In this document: piece by piece, positions 1 to 11,355 of the stretch
How positions within the stretch are numbered: the stretch's first letter is position 1
Layout of the letters: each line of letters starts with the position of its first letter
Assembly (NCBI GenBank): GCA_030141605.1
Contig: JAQGDQ010000624.1
Coordinates: forward strand, 61,102-125,101
Direction: 5' to 3'
Source of the DNA: Tubiluchus corallicola
Taxonomy: Eukaryota > Animalia > Priapulida
Length of the DNA: 64,000 bases
Program-made: the position numbers and the translations under genes
Notes under the pieces: model-generated
Databases searched by the model: none
Told to the model about the DNA's origin: nothing
The model's input: only the letters and a program-made list of their open reading frames with translations

Positions 1-189
1 AAAAGCCAAGAAGAATTGTTACAGTTTTCTTAGAATGTTCTTTTATTTATGGACATGATGTGAAACAATGCCTAATTTTTATGACACAGTAGTAACGTTG
101 CCGTCAGAACGATAAAACCACAAAAAATTTTGAACAATAAAAATACCAGACATAAAAGATATGATCTGATCATGCGCCATGTTCAAACT

Positions 190-500
190 TGCTTCAATGT
201 GCCTCCACGATGGATAGGGTAGAACCCCTTGTTGCATTTTTCCGCAATAAATTTCGTGGATTAGACGCACAGTTTCTTTTGGAAACGCAACGCAGCGTCA
301 AAGCATGTCAAATCCGCGGGACAAAGTGGACTCATATCTAATGGATTTGCGGGGTAATTTATATTGATTCAGCAAAGTTCTATCACAGTAAATGAAAAAT
401 AGCTTGGCACAGGGTAGCAGCTCTGGCTAAATCTACAGCTAACTGCAAAAACATCGTGCTGCAAGATATATTTCTTGTCAGCGTCAAACATTTTTCTGAT
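190..500 (-). mobile_element. Decayed Tc1/mariner-type transposase C-terminal remnant
   Basis: Minus-strand translation across frameshifts gives, in order, YILQHD (cf. FQQDGA), NYPANPLDMSPL (cf. WPxNSPDxxP) and a frameshifted GG/HIE (cf. C-terminal GGHxE). Stops intervene. Confidence 0.5.
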
Positions 501-676
501 AATGACCCGAATTTTCACATTCAAAATCAAAATTAGTTATGGCAACTTTTCCAGATAGTCAAACCATAATCCTGCAGAGTAGTCTAAGTCAACTTTCACA
601 CCTCTTGATTACATAGTCCGACTGGTCGCAGTGTGAGATCAGCGACCACAGTTGAGGAACGCCAAGCCTGGTCTGG

Positions 677-950
677 ATGGATAAAAGCCACATTGCCTAT
701 AAACGATTGAGACTCCAGGTGCACTATTTAAAAGTTGAAACTGATAGAAGGCGTAACACAGATAGAAGACAGAGACTCTGCAATTGTGGAAAAATCCAAA
801 CTGAAAAGCACATTTTGATGGACTGTCATTTAACAGCTGAAACTAGAAGAAGATTCACCAATGAACACTTTACAGTAGACTAGACGTCAATTATAAATAG
901 CAATTTTGTATTTGAGATCTGTTTCAACATTCTAAAAGCTTACGAATAAG
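677..950 (+). mobile_element. Non-LTR retrotransposon ORF2 C-terminal Cys/His (zinc-knuckle) remnant
   Basis: ORF 677-883 reads RLRLQVHYLKVETDR...QRLCNCGKIQTEKHILMDC, matching the RLRxxxHxLxxETGR...RxCxC...ExHxLxxC C-terminus of many invertebrate LINE ORF2 proteins. Confidence 0.75.
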
Positions 951-1094
951 AAAACACACAAACTTTTGCAAGTACTATAATGACTAAAGTGTTACAATTC
1001 TGTAAAATTCTGTAAGCGCAGCCCAGTCATTATCATATTTTTTTACTAATACTAAATGAAAATTTGTTATTGTGAACTTTTTAGCCTTGTATAA

Positions 1095-1096
<2 letters not shown>

Positions 1097-1125
<29 letters not shown>

Positions 1126-1186
1126 CCTGCTGCTACTGCTGTTGCTGCTGCTGCTGCTGCTGCTGCTACTGCTACTGCTACTGCTG

Positions 1187-1277
<91 letters not shown>

Positions 1278-1282
1278 TACTA
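1097..1282. repeat. Compound trinucleotide microsatellite (GCT)n-(GCTACT)n-(ACT)n
   Basis: Seen directly; source of the poly-A/T/L/V ORFs at 984-1393. Confidence 0.97.
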
Positions 1283-1814
1283 CCATTTTCACAAGAAAAA
1301 ATCTTTCATGTTGTCTTATTGATACATCTTCTATCACTTCTCACAGGAAGCCAATCTGATGTTAGTAGGGACAGAGCTGTATTACGTAAATGATAAAGCA
1401 AGTTCCAAAGCGCCTTTATATTAATTTATAACAAAAATAAATAAAAGAAATACCAACACAAATAAAATTGAGTTTGAAACAAACTCTACATAAATAATAG
1501 AAAGCTGAACAAGCACCTGGAATTATTGAACTGACTTCACTGCTTCAGCTGACCAGACGATATTTTTCACTCTGTTGCCCCACGGCGATGACAATTTGAC
1601 ACGTTAATGAAAACTTGTTACCCAGTAAATTTATTAGCGAGTAAGAATCCATTGTATCGACTAAACGCAACGTAAATTTTAAATGTACGACGCTGACACG
1701 TTTTGAACAAATTGATACATGACTTTACATTCATTTTAATTAGCATCCCAGACTCCCCGGGAATAATTTATAATGAATGAAAGAAGGAAGGCGATTAAAT
1801 AAAATTTCACTGCA

Positions 1815-2105
1815 GCTGCCCCTGCTGCCATCAGTGTTACTGTCGCTAGTTTAACTTTGTTCAAATTCTTTAAGCTAGCCGTTGTCAGGTTAATCGCTGT
1901 CTTGTCTTACTCAAATTACTCACGTACTTTTACTCAAATTAAAAATTTAAATACTTAATCGCTGCCCCTGCTGCCATCAGTGTTACTGTCACTGGTTTAA
2001 CTTTGTTCAAATTTTTTAAGCTAGTCGTTGTCAGGTTAATCGCTGTCTTGTCTTACTCAAATTACTCAAGTTCTTTTACTCAAATTAAAAACTTAAATAC
2101 TTAAT
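1815..2105. repeat. Tandem duplication, 2 x 146 bp
   Basis: gctgcccctgctgccatcagtgttactgtc... starts at 1815 and 1961 with few mismatches. Confidence 0.93.
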
Positions 2106-3719
2106 GGCAGCCATCGATTAGTTAAACGCTCAATTTTGAAAAACGACCAATTTAGAAAATAGTCAAATTTTTATATGGTATATGAATGTCAGCATTTTAA
2201 ATTTAGTAGCTAAACTAGCAATATAACGTTCTCTATACACAACGCACGTGAATAGACTTTAGCCTGAATAACTACTTCTGTGCAGCTGCGTGTTAAATAT
2301 AGACGAACATCTTTGAATGTCACTAATTATCTAAAGTGTGACGCACAAAGAAACAAGAAAATATTTAAATTTTTTACTGCGTTTTTACTTATACTTCTTA
2401 AACATTAACGCTGGTAAACGGATCATCTAGAAGCATTACAAAAGAAATTACAAAACTCTTACAGAGATATCTTTATTCTTCTGGGAAGATGCGAGCATAA
2501 GTGAAAAATTTGTAAATTTTAATATTCCCAACTATGATGAAATTACACGAAATATAACAGGATCCTTTATATATGGACTGGCAGAACTACCTAACGATAT
2601 AATTGATAAATTGTATGTTTACTCTGCATAACAAATACAGTTATATGGACGAATTGGTAAAAATTATGTTTTCCACTATGAAATTAATATGTTTTACTAT
2701 TTTAAACGTGACTTTTATTAGGTTTTATGCCTTTGTGTATTGCATTTTTTTAATGATCTGTCTTGTGTATGTATGTTTTGTGTCTGGGTTCGTATGTATG
2801 CATGCACGTAAATATTTTATTTGTTTTTATTGTGATTTTATAGTATAGCTGAATGTTTTTTAAATTTTTATACAATGCTACGTACTTTTAAATGTATGAA
2901 ATAACTTTCAAATAAAATAAATAATGGCACCCGACTCGAGTTGAACTCATATATATATATATATGTACATATACATAAACGAGCTGCAGCAGAGATGACT
3001 TTGAAAATGGCTAAAGAAAACTTTGTAGTAATTAGTACTTTTTGCTAATAAAAAATAATAAAAAACGTACAAAAGGTAATAACAAAATCAATTTGTGGAT
3101 TTAATTACAAATCAGAAGCGTAAAAATTGTCCTTGTTAACGTGCAACATTGAGTGTAACTTTATACATAAAATTTGGTTGCAAACGTCACACCTACCTGC
3201 GATACAAAACAGACTAGATTTGTCGGTACTCTTTCGCTTGTCTGCCGTTTTTCAACAAGTCGCAAGTGAAAACCACAGTCACGCGATTGTGTCGCGATGC
3301 GTACGCGTTAAGCGGCGACGCGGTTCTGCTAAAATCTACAAGAAGTTTACGTAACGTCAACGATTTCTCTCACTGAGTTACACAACTCGAGCATTCGCTG
3401 AAAGCGACAAAGCCAATGTTTCAACTGCTGCTGTTATTGAGGAAAGGAATTACGCTAATGTCCAGCGCTGGCTTCCTAAGCCTAGGACACTGTTTGATGA
3501 AATGATCATCCCCTCTGCCACATGAGCAAATGAATCGATGCCATTACTTGCTGTGTGTACAAACTGGCATCTTTGCCTTGTCCTCTTTAGTTGACAGTAA
3601 GTTGCTATTTCTATGACACAGGCCAAAACAAACAAATGCGTAGCTAAACAAACCAATAAACAAATAACAGATTGACTCGATGGTGTATGAGTGAAAAAGT
3701 CAGCAATATTAACAAACCA

Positions 3720-3875
3720 AACGAGCAACCAACTAACTAAGAACCAACCAACCAACCAAACAATTGACGGACCAAACAACTAGAAAATCAACCAACCAAC
3801 CTAGCACGCAACCACCTAACCAACCACCAACTAAGCAACCGACCAACCAGCCAAATAATCAATCAATCAAACGAA
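3720..3875. repeat. Degenerate (ACCA)n/(AATC)n microsatellite
   Basis: Seen directly. Confidence 0.8.
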
Positions 3876-4375
3876 TAAACAAAAATACAAAACGCTAAAG
3901 ATTATGAGAAACTTGATTTCTACTATGAAAATGTAATTTCTTAGGAAAAATGTAATAAGTCAGTTTACTGATTACTGAGAAGTTGTACTTGACCAGTAGT
4001 TGCTGGGGTCTTAGCAAGTGTCTTGCTCTTCTCACATTCCTAAACTAAAGTTCAGGACCTGACAAACTCCTAATAAGGAACTGTTATGAGTCGTTATGAT
4101 ACGTATGCAGCATTTATACACAGTGATAAGTGATGCCTTCTTTAATTTTATAGTACGAAATAAGCAATTCGGATCCTTTCTCAATGCGCGGATAATCATT
4201 CCATCAAGCCGAAGCCCTGCGAGTGCAAATGATGACGTTCTTGCACACGCCGAGAGGTGGCAGCACGTCGCACGAACTATGCAGCTGTCGCCTGTGAGCA
4301 GCAGTGAAAGAATTCATATGTGGACAGACAGCTATTAAATATAATTACACCCAATACTTTGATGTTCCTGTTTAG

Positions 4376-4982
4376 AAGTTGAAACTGATAGATGGCGTAA
4401 CGTAGATAGAAGACAGGGACTCTGTGAATAAGAAAACACACTAATTTTTGCAAGTACATAAAAAGTATTACAATTCTGTAAAATTCTGCAATTCTCAGCT
4501 CAGTCATTATCGTATATTTTTTTACTGACACTGAATGAAAATTTGTTATTGTGAACATTTTCAACCTTTGTATAATGTTGCTGTTTTCTGAAAAGTAGAA
4601 AATTTTGGACTATGAAATGTTTCAATTCTACTATCCCTGTCAAAGATTCTAAATACTAATTTTATGGTCAATAAACCACTACTACTATCACTACTACTAC
4701 TACTTTCAGAAGACAAAATTTTTCATGTTGTCTTATTGATACATTTAATATGGGCGCGTGAATAACACAGTCTGCAAACAATATCCAAGCAAGGAATAAT
4801 CCATGCCTATATATTGTACTCACCTATTAAATTCTAAAAATGAAACCAACAAAAGAATTTTCATCAAGAAAAGGGGCTTCTCTCACTTCTCGCGGGAAGC
4901 CAATCTGATGTTAGTAGGGACAGAGCTGTATTACGTAAATGATAAAGCAAGTTCCAAAGAGCCTTTATATTAATTAATAACA
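4376..4982 (+). repeat. Diverged direct duplicate of about 732-1432 (LINE 3' end plus flank)
   Basis: aagttgaaactgataga...gactctg, then gaataagaaaacacac..., tttgttattgtgaac... and ggaagccaatctgatgttagtagggacagagctg... recur in the same order, with an internal deletion and insertions. Confidence 0.88.
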
Positions 4983-5106
4983 AACCATAAAATCTTTATT
5001 AGTGTAGCGTTTATGGCAAACAAATGGCAATTTCACGGTCTAGTTTAACAGGCGCCAAGACGCTGCTATTCACCAGAGAACGGGTGAATTTACGTCAACA
5101 CGTAAC

Positions 5107-5400
5107 TTAAAGGAGTACCAGCTTGTAATTCTTAGTGTTTTCTCTTAACAGACGGCGCTTCGTATTAGCACAGAACCATGCAGTTACATCACCTGTACAA
5201 GTCTATTAAAGGACTGCCAGCTTGTAATTCTTAATGTCTTTTCTTAACAGATGGCACTGCATATTTGCACAGAACCATGCCGTTGCATCACGAGTGCAAC
5301 TGCATTAAAGGAGCATCATATTGCAATCCTTACTGTGTTCTCGCAACAGATGGTACCTCACATTTGCGCTGTGTACTACTATCATATCACTGCAACAGCA
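5107..5400. repeat. Diverged tandem repeat, 3 x 99 bp
   Basis: Units start with ttaaagga at 5107, 5206 and 5305, each followed by ttgtaattctta...aacaga(c/t)gg. Confidence 0.8.
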
Positions 5401-5571
5401 CTATTTACGAAACGGTGTCGCCACCTTTTATAATTAATACATAATACTAATACACTTTAAATGCCTAACGTAAAGCAACTAATAAAATCCTGTTGCACAG
5501 TTTTTAATATGCAAGGAAACAAGCACATTTAAATAGGTTGTGTTCGATGATCTTGGCATTTACGTTTTAGT

Positions 5572-6064
5572 TTAAAGGAAAAGCCAAGCCTTCTGGGAAG
5601 TTTGGGTTATTGCAATAATGGCGAAAAATGCTAGAAGGATTTAGCAATAAAACTGCAATAAGTGCCTCGTGTGATTAGTAAAGTCATTTTAAAGTCGCGA
5701 TCATTTCACACTTGGTGCTCCTATTTCGAACGCCCATTCTTCCACCAGTGACGTCACATATCGACTGAAGGAAAGCAGGTCACTGTCAATTTCTGTCAAA
5801 AGTACAAGTTTTGTTATAGTTTTGCATGAACATTAGGTAAGCTGCAGCAGTCTGAATTAGTTTAAGCAGGGCAAACTTACGGAAAGCCACGATGCGCTTA
5901 CGAAAAGTTACGAAGCGACCAGTTACGTTATAATTTTCAAAGGCGGCTACCAAAATTTCTGTACAGCGAGATATAAATTAATTTTATATAAGTTATGTTT
6001 TTGTGATAATGTGATAACAGTAAAATAAACCAAGCATGGTAAATGACTTAGTCTTTTCTTTTAA
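5572..6064 (+). mobile_element. Kolobok/T2-like MITE family A copy
   Basis: TTAA-AGGAAAAGCCAAGCC... left end and ...cttttcttTTAA right end; body shared with seven other copies in the window. TTAA TSD plus AGG...CCT termini is the Kolobok/T2 signature. Confidence 0.8.
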
Positions 6065-7668
6065 ACAATCCTCCTACACAATAGCAAACGTTGAAGACGT
6101 CGGTGATCATTTGCTACATTCCAGCTAAAATGCTTTACTTTCAACATCGCTAGTTTTGAACAAAAATGCCAAAAATTGAAAGCAATTATCTCTAAGTGCA
6201 CACGTTCTGCGAATGTGCTAACTTCGTTACAGGATAACTAAATTGTCCTCTTTTACACGCAACATTTCGAATTGAAGTTTTGTCAAATAAGTTCTAGTTT
6301 CATATTTCATGCATAAAACACTGTCAGTCTCTTAACATAATGGTATGAGTCTTAGTTTCATATCCATTTTAGAAAAAAAAGTTTGCGAAAATTAAAATAA
6401 AACTTTTCATATTTTTCGTTAGATTTTTGGTCGAGGAACTCCATATTTTTGACCAAACCGTTATTCATCTGAATGTTGTTCTTGTTCTTGTTGAAGGGGG
6501 ACTTTTTTGAAAAAACTTAAAGGTCAAGGCTGTGCCAACTCAGGTCGAATTTGCTTTACACAGTTTGACACACTGCTAGTCGAAATTCCGTACCTGAACC
6601 TACTTAATGTTCGATAGTTGTAGTCGGACTGGAACCTATTAATAATAATCCACTAAATTGAGTATATCAGAACTAAGTATAGCAAATGACAATGCACTAT
6701 TTACTTCCAAGAAGCAACATGAAAACACCTGCGTCTTTGATTTTTTTTTGTTCATATGCCTCATTGCTCTCTGAAAACTACAGGACGATAACTGCCCAGG
6801 CATTATGCATAAACCTTTTATCATATACATGTATAAGTGAAAAAGAGCCCTTAAAAAGAGGTAGGGACGTGTTTCTGTATGCCTTGTTTATTTGTGTGAT
6901 CTTTTTAACTGTACTTTATGTTTATGTTTGTGAAATAAAGTGTTTATTAATAATCAATAAAAGTGACGCAACTGATTAGTCTGATTTGTGGATAAGCACG
7001 GAGATAAAGAGTTGCATCCACGCCATAAAATCTACAAGTTCCCGATAACAACAGTGTCACGTTACTAACTAACAAGCTAATAATAATTCAGTTTATTTTG
7101 ACACAAAAAAGGTCTTATTTCACTTTCATAGGTCTTTCATAGAACAGACTGTAGCATGACCATCACGTAAACCAACAACTTAGTGACGTGCTAGGTAAAC
7201 ACGACCAAGAGCTTCACAAATAGTTTGTCTGTATATAATAAACCAGTTCGTTAAAACAGCGACCAGTCACTTCCTGTGTGGCTTCATTAAGAGTAACCTA
7301 GCACACTCAATCAGCGCTGACGTCCTGCGATGATCGTTCGCAGTCTTTTCAATTCTGAAACGAACTTAACCTCACCCGTCAGGTGGACGGCTTTAGATTT
7401 CATAACTTCAATTAATACTTTACCAGTAAAACGTTCCACGGCTCGTTGAGAATAAATGCAAAACGGGAACCACTGACTGGGTTGAATTTTTGTGGCTTGT
7501 GGGCTTCTTACTACATCCCGCTAAACTAGTAATGATAAGTGTATAAGGTCTGTGCGTGCGTGCGTGTGTAGGCAGGTGTGTCTGTCTATGACAATCAAGA
7601 ATATAGATAACCACGGATCTCAAATATGCCCAGAGCTTGTTAATGAATCCCGATAATGAATCTGTCCG

Positions 7669-8000
7669 TTAAAGGAACCGCCAAGCCTCCTGGGAAGTTA
7701 GGCTTATTTTAATATTCGCAAAAAATGTTAGAAGAATTTAGTAATAAAACTGCAATAAGCGCCTCGTGTAATTGGTAAAATCACTTTAAGGTCGCGATCA
7801 TCTCTTGCTTGACCGCTCGCATTTTGAAGGCCCATTCTTCTTCCAAATACGTCATTCGTCTTGAAGAAAAGTAGCACACTGTCAAGCTTCACCAAAAGTA
7901 CAATTAAAGTTTTTACAAAAAATTAGATAGCTGATTGTGTAATATTTGTGCGTGAACAGTAGGCACACTACAGAAATTTTAATTAGATTCCTGCAGTTAA
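7669..8000 (+). mobile_element. MITE family A, 3'-truncated copy
   Basis: ttaaaggaaccgccaagcctcctgggaag... homologous to 5572 onward. Confidence 0.8.
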
Positions 8001-8830
8001 CTGGACGCGAGGAAAAACCGCGCGGTTTCATGAGACATTTTTAGAAAATTTTCTGGTTTTTTAACAACAATTCCTTGCGTCCTCGCTGTGAAATGGGCCT
8101 AATTCAACTAATAAAGCTGGTAAAAGTGCTAATAAGGCCATCAGAAAAACTTTTATTACTAATCTTGTTTTGTAATAATTGTTTTGTGGTACATGCAAAG
8201 GACGTTAGTGTGATCTGCTACATGTCCTCAACCTTGACCACTTGACCACAACTTCTCTGAGACCAAAACACGAATAGAAATTTCTACTGAAGCGAAAGAC
8301 AAGCGAAAAGACGAGTGTTGATTTAACTCTCGCTATGGTTGCTAATGCTAGGCACCTCACTGTGAACAAACCTTTTATTTCTACAACAGTAGTATATTGC
8401 TATTCTGCAAAGCAATGCCCATGTGGAAGATAAGGAAGCTGACTCGTGTTCAGATGCTCTTTATGGCACCTTGATCCCCCAGTATAACAACCCAAAATCC
8501 GGCAGCGTTGAATCTTTGAATTATCTCACCCTTGAGACCCATCGCGATTTGTCGCAAAGTTCTATGCAAACGTTGAACAGAATAACAGATCATCTTTTAA
8601 TAGCAAAAATAGGGAGAGTTCATCAGGCAGCTGCAATTATTCAAACAGGAAATTAACGCTCGACTTCTGCCTCGTGAATAAATGATAACAATAAGCAATT
8701 GATGGATGCGACCGGGACGCTGAGGAACCGTAATGCATATTACATAAGATCCTGATGAGACTACGACCCAGCAAGCACAAGTCGAAACCATACGTCTCTA
8801 CTACTACTACTAACCGTGCGTCTTTTGTCC

Positions 8831-9060
8831 TGGGTTGTGTGGCCGAGTGGTTTAGATTTTTTTGGACTGCAACCACGCAGTTTTGAGTTCGATATCAGCG
8901 GCTGCCAACGCAAGGGCATATAACTTACATTACATGTTATTCATTATTTGTGAGTTGCGTCCTTGCCTGTATTGTTGTAAGTGTAAGTGCTAATGCTGTC
9001 TGTTAAATGAGCTACAGTAAATAAATCTTGTCTTTATCAGTGTCTTGATCTTTTGTCTTT
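8831..9060 (+). mobile_element. tRNA-derived SINE
   Basis: A-box tggccgagtgg (8840-8850), B-box-like gagttcgatatc (8885-8896), then a unique body and an aataaa/tcttg tail. No intact cloverleaf is evident. Confidence 0.6.
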
Positions 9061-9114
9061 TATACATAAACTGACGTGTAACAGCATGACATGAAACAAA
9101 ACAAATCGAAACGG

Positions 9115-9250
9115 GTTCGAAATTCCCCAGAAAAAGGTAAGTTATTTAATTTATAAGTTTCTTTTGTTTAATAATAACTATGAATTTTTTGTGTACTTAT
9201 AATAATGCGTTAAAAAACTTTAATGTCTGTTGGGGTTATATAGGCCCTAA
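9115..9250 (+). mobile_element. Kolobok-like MITE family E right end (second copy 28471-28605)
   Basis: gttcgaaatt(c/g)ccagaaaaaggtaagttatttaattt...tataggcc recurs at 28471-28605, where it ends cctTTAA. Confidence 0.7.
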
Positions 9251-9429
9251 AGTAAAGCCGCTATGTACAATGTACATCCTTACTTTCCTGTAATGTTTAC
9301 GCGCACATTGTTTTTGCATTTGTAAGAAAGTACTATATCCAATATGCTGGGTGTCGAAACGTGCGTAATACATAAGTAATTGTGCCAAATATACCATGTG
9401 TCCAAAAGCATCTGCAGCCAGTACACCGT

Positions 9430-9745
9430 GTCTCAAAAGTTACATGCGTCCAAAAGTACCTGTGTCCAACGTGCCATGTGCCAACCGTTCACATGTACTA
9501 AAGTAAATGTGTTCAATGTGCCATGTGCCAGAACGTTCATATGTACAAAAGTAAATGCGTTCAATGTGCCATATGCCAGAACGTCCATATGTACAAAAGT
9601 AAATGCGTCCAATGTACCGTGTGCCAAACATTTATATGTACAAAAGTAAATGTGTCCAACTGCCGCGTGTCTAAATGTCCATGTTTGCTTGGCAAAACGT
9701 TTGTGGCAAAAGTGGCTGTGCCACAAAACGTTTGTGCCAAAAAAG
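9430..9745. repeat. 48-bp minisatellite (about 4-5 units) plus shorter subrepeats, probably transposon-internal
   Basis: atgtac(t/a)aaagtaaatg at 9493, 9541, 9589 and 9636. Explains the overlapping repetitive ORFs on both strands. Confidence 0.85.
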
Positions 9746-10727
9746 AGTCCAAAGATGAGTTCACACAAGGTGTGAATAGATTGGACTAAATTTGGCAGTC
9801 CCAGTATAAACATAGTATTAGATAGATTTTCCGTGTCTGGTAATTTCCACAAGGAAAGCAAATTCACAAATTATACTCCAGAATATTGTTAATAACACAT
9901 GTTGTTTATTACAAACATGAGTAGTTTTACTCAAGTCGATAAACAACACAAAAAATTAAGAAAGAGAAAGAGTTAACGAGTTCTCTAGGTACTTACATAA
10001 GTGCGTTTTGCTGGTTCCCGAATCCGGATTCCAGGATTTGCGTCGCATTTTGCTGATAGGGTTGATCATTAGGAAATCATGACGTGTACAGCCTTCTGAC
10101 GAGAAAATTCCAAAGAATGTCGTCACCGCGTAATCGCAGTCTCACGGATTCCGTGTCTTAATGCAGGTAGGACGCCTTCGCAGTTTTTTTCAACACGAAA
10201 TACAGACGGAAGTGAAAAATAACCACGTCGGAAGCAATTATAGCTATCGAGTTTACAGTGAAGCTGTTACAGTGTGTCGTTTTGCAGCCTATTCTTTGAG
10301 TAAGAAACCCTTCGAACTTTAAAGGTGAAAAGTTTCTCCCCGCTGTTAAGCATTTTTTTCCGACAGGAGTTTTTGACGTTCAAAAAACTGACAGAGTAAT
10401 ATGAGCACGTTTAACAAACGTTTAACATTTCCTATTCTTTTGGAGAAAAGTGCAAAATACTCGCATTTTTATTTTGCCCTTTAACGCCTTAATCCGATAT
10501 CCTCAGAAATTCGGACGTGCTTTTACAATTACTGCTGTTCGCGGGTTTTCAACTCTTTTATTCATTATTAATCACTTTTAAAGTTCAAACATTTCTGAAG
10601 ACTCGCTAGTAACAGGCCTCCAGCGTCTTGATATCTAGAACTGTTTTCCTATATTGATTATTAATAATATCTCTTGAAATTTCTTAGTGTTCTGCTGCTG
10701 AATTATTCGCTTTCCTCTTTTCTTTAG

Positions 10728-10855
10728 CAAGAATAATTTATGATAAACAGGCTAAAAGGATGAAGGCATCAAAAGCGGAGATGCTGCAGAGTTTTGTTGA
10801 TGAATACATGGAAGCTGAAGCTCTACAAACGTTCGTTATAGATGATATGAGATAA
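10728..10855 (+). CDS. Candidate terminal coding exon of an unidentified plus-strand gene (RIIYDKQAKRMKASKAEMLQSFVDEYMEAEALQTFVIDDMR*)
   Basis: Strong acceptor tttcctcttttctttag|, phase-1 entry, 41 open codons to TAA, and downstream AATAAA motifs near 11355-11470. Upstream exons not established. Confidence 0.35.
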
Positions 10856-11139
10856 ACAACATTCCAAACATTTCTTGAATCCTCGCAATTGCTTTTATGG
10901 TATTTTTCTCACAGTGAGCCGACAAAATTATATTTTTCTCTCAGCAGGAAAGGAGCATTTTTCAGAATTTATTGTATGGCTTATAATAACTTTCTTAATT
11001 AGTTAGTAATTAGTTGCATTATTGTGATTACATGTGATAATGAACATATGGAAGGTTGAATGGCAGTATGAGACATGGTTATTAGATAAGCCAATAACTG
11101 AAAGAATGAAGGAATCAATGTCTTCGTATATTCAACAAA

Positions 11140-11355
11140 TATGTGAATGAATGAATCAATTGATAAATGAATGGATGGATGGATATATGGATGGATGGAT
11201 GGATGGATGGATGTATGGATGGATGGATGGATGGATGGATGGATGGATGGATGGATGGATGGATGGATGGATGGATGGATGGATGGGTGGGTGGGATGCA
11301 TGGATGGATGGGTGGCTAGCTTAGTGGCTGGAGGAATGAACGGATGGATGGATGA
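11140..11355. repeat. (GGAT)n/(GAAT)n microsatellite
   Basis: Seen directly; source of the MDGW and HPSI ORFs. Confidence 0.96.

Noticed and set aside
984-1393. Homopolymeric ORFs (also 10999-11359, 25891-26272, 29146-29429, 40124-40412, 59617-60000)
   Set aside because: Translations of microsatellites, open in several frames on both strands.
8393-8656. 87-codon open frame behind an acceptor-like tract
   Set aside because: No recognisable homology or linking exon; cannot be supported beyond chance.
8831-8905. Functional tRNA gene (also B-box-like hits near 21822, 36957, 37276, 62421)
   Set aside because: Boxes are degenerate and no complete cloverleaf is apparent; better explained as SINE heads.
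9380-9867. ORFs with 16-aa Cys-containing repeats resembling zinc fingers
   Set aside because: Product of a 48-bp minisatellite; open on both strands and frame broken by a 47-bp unit.
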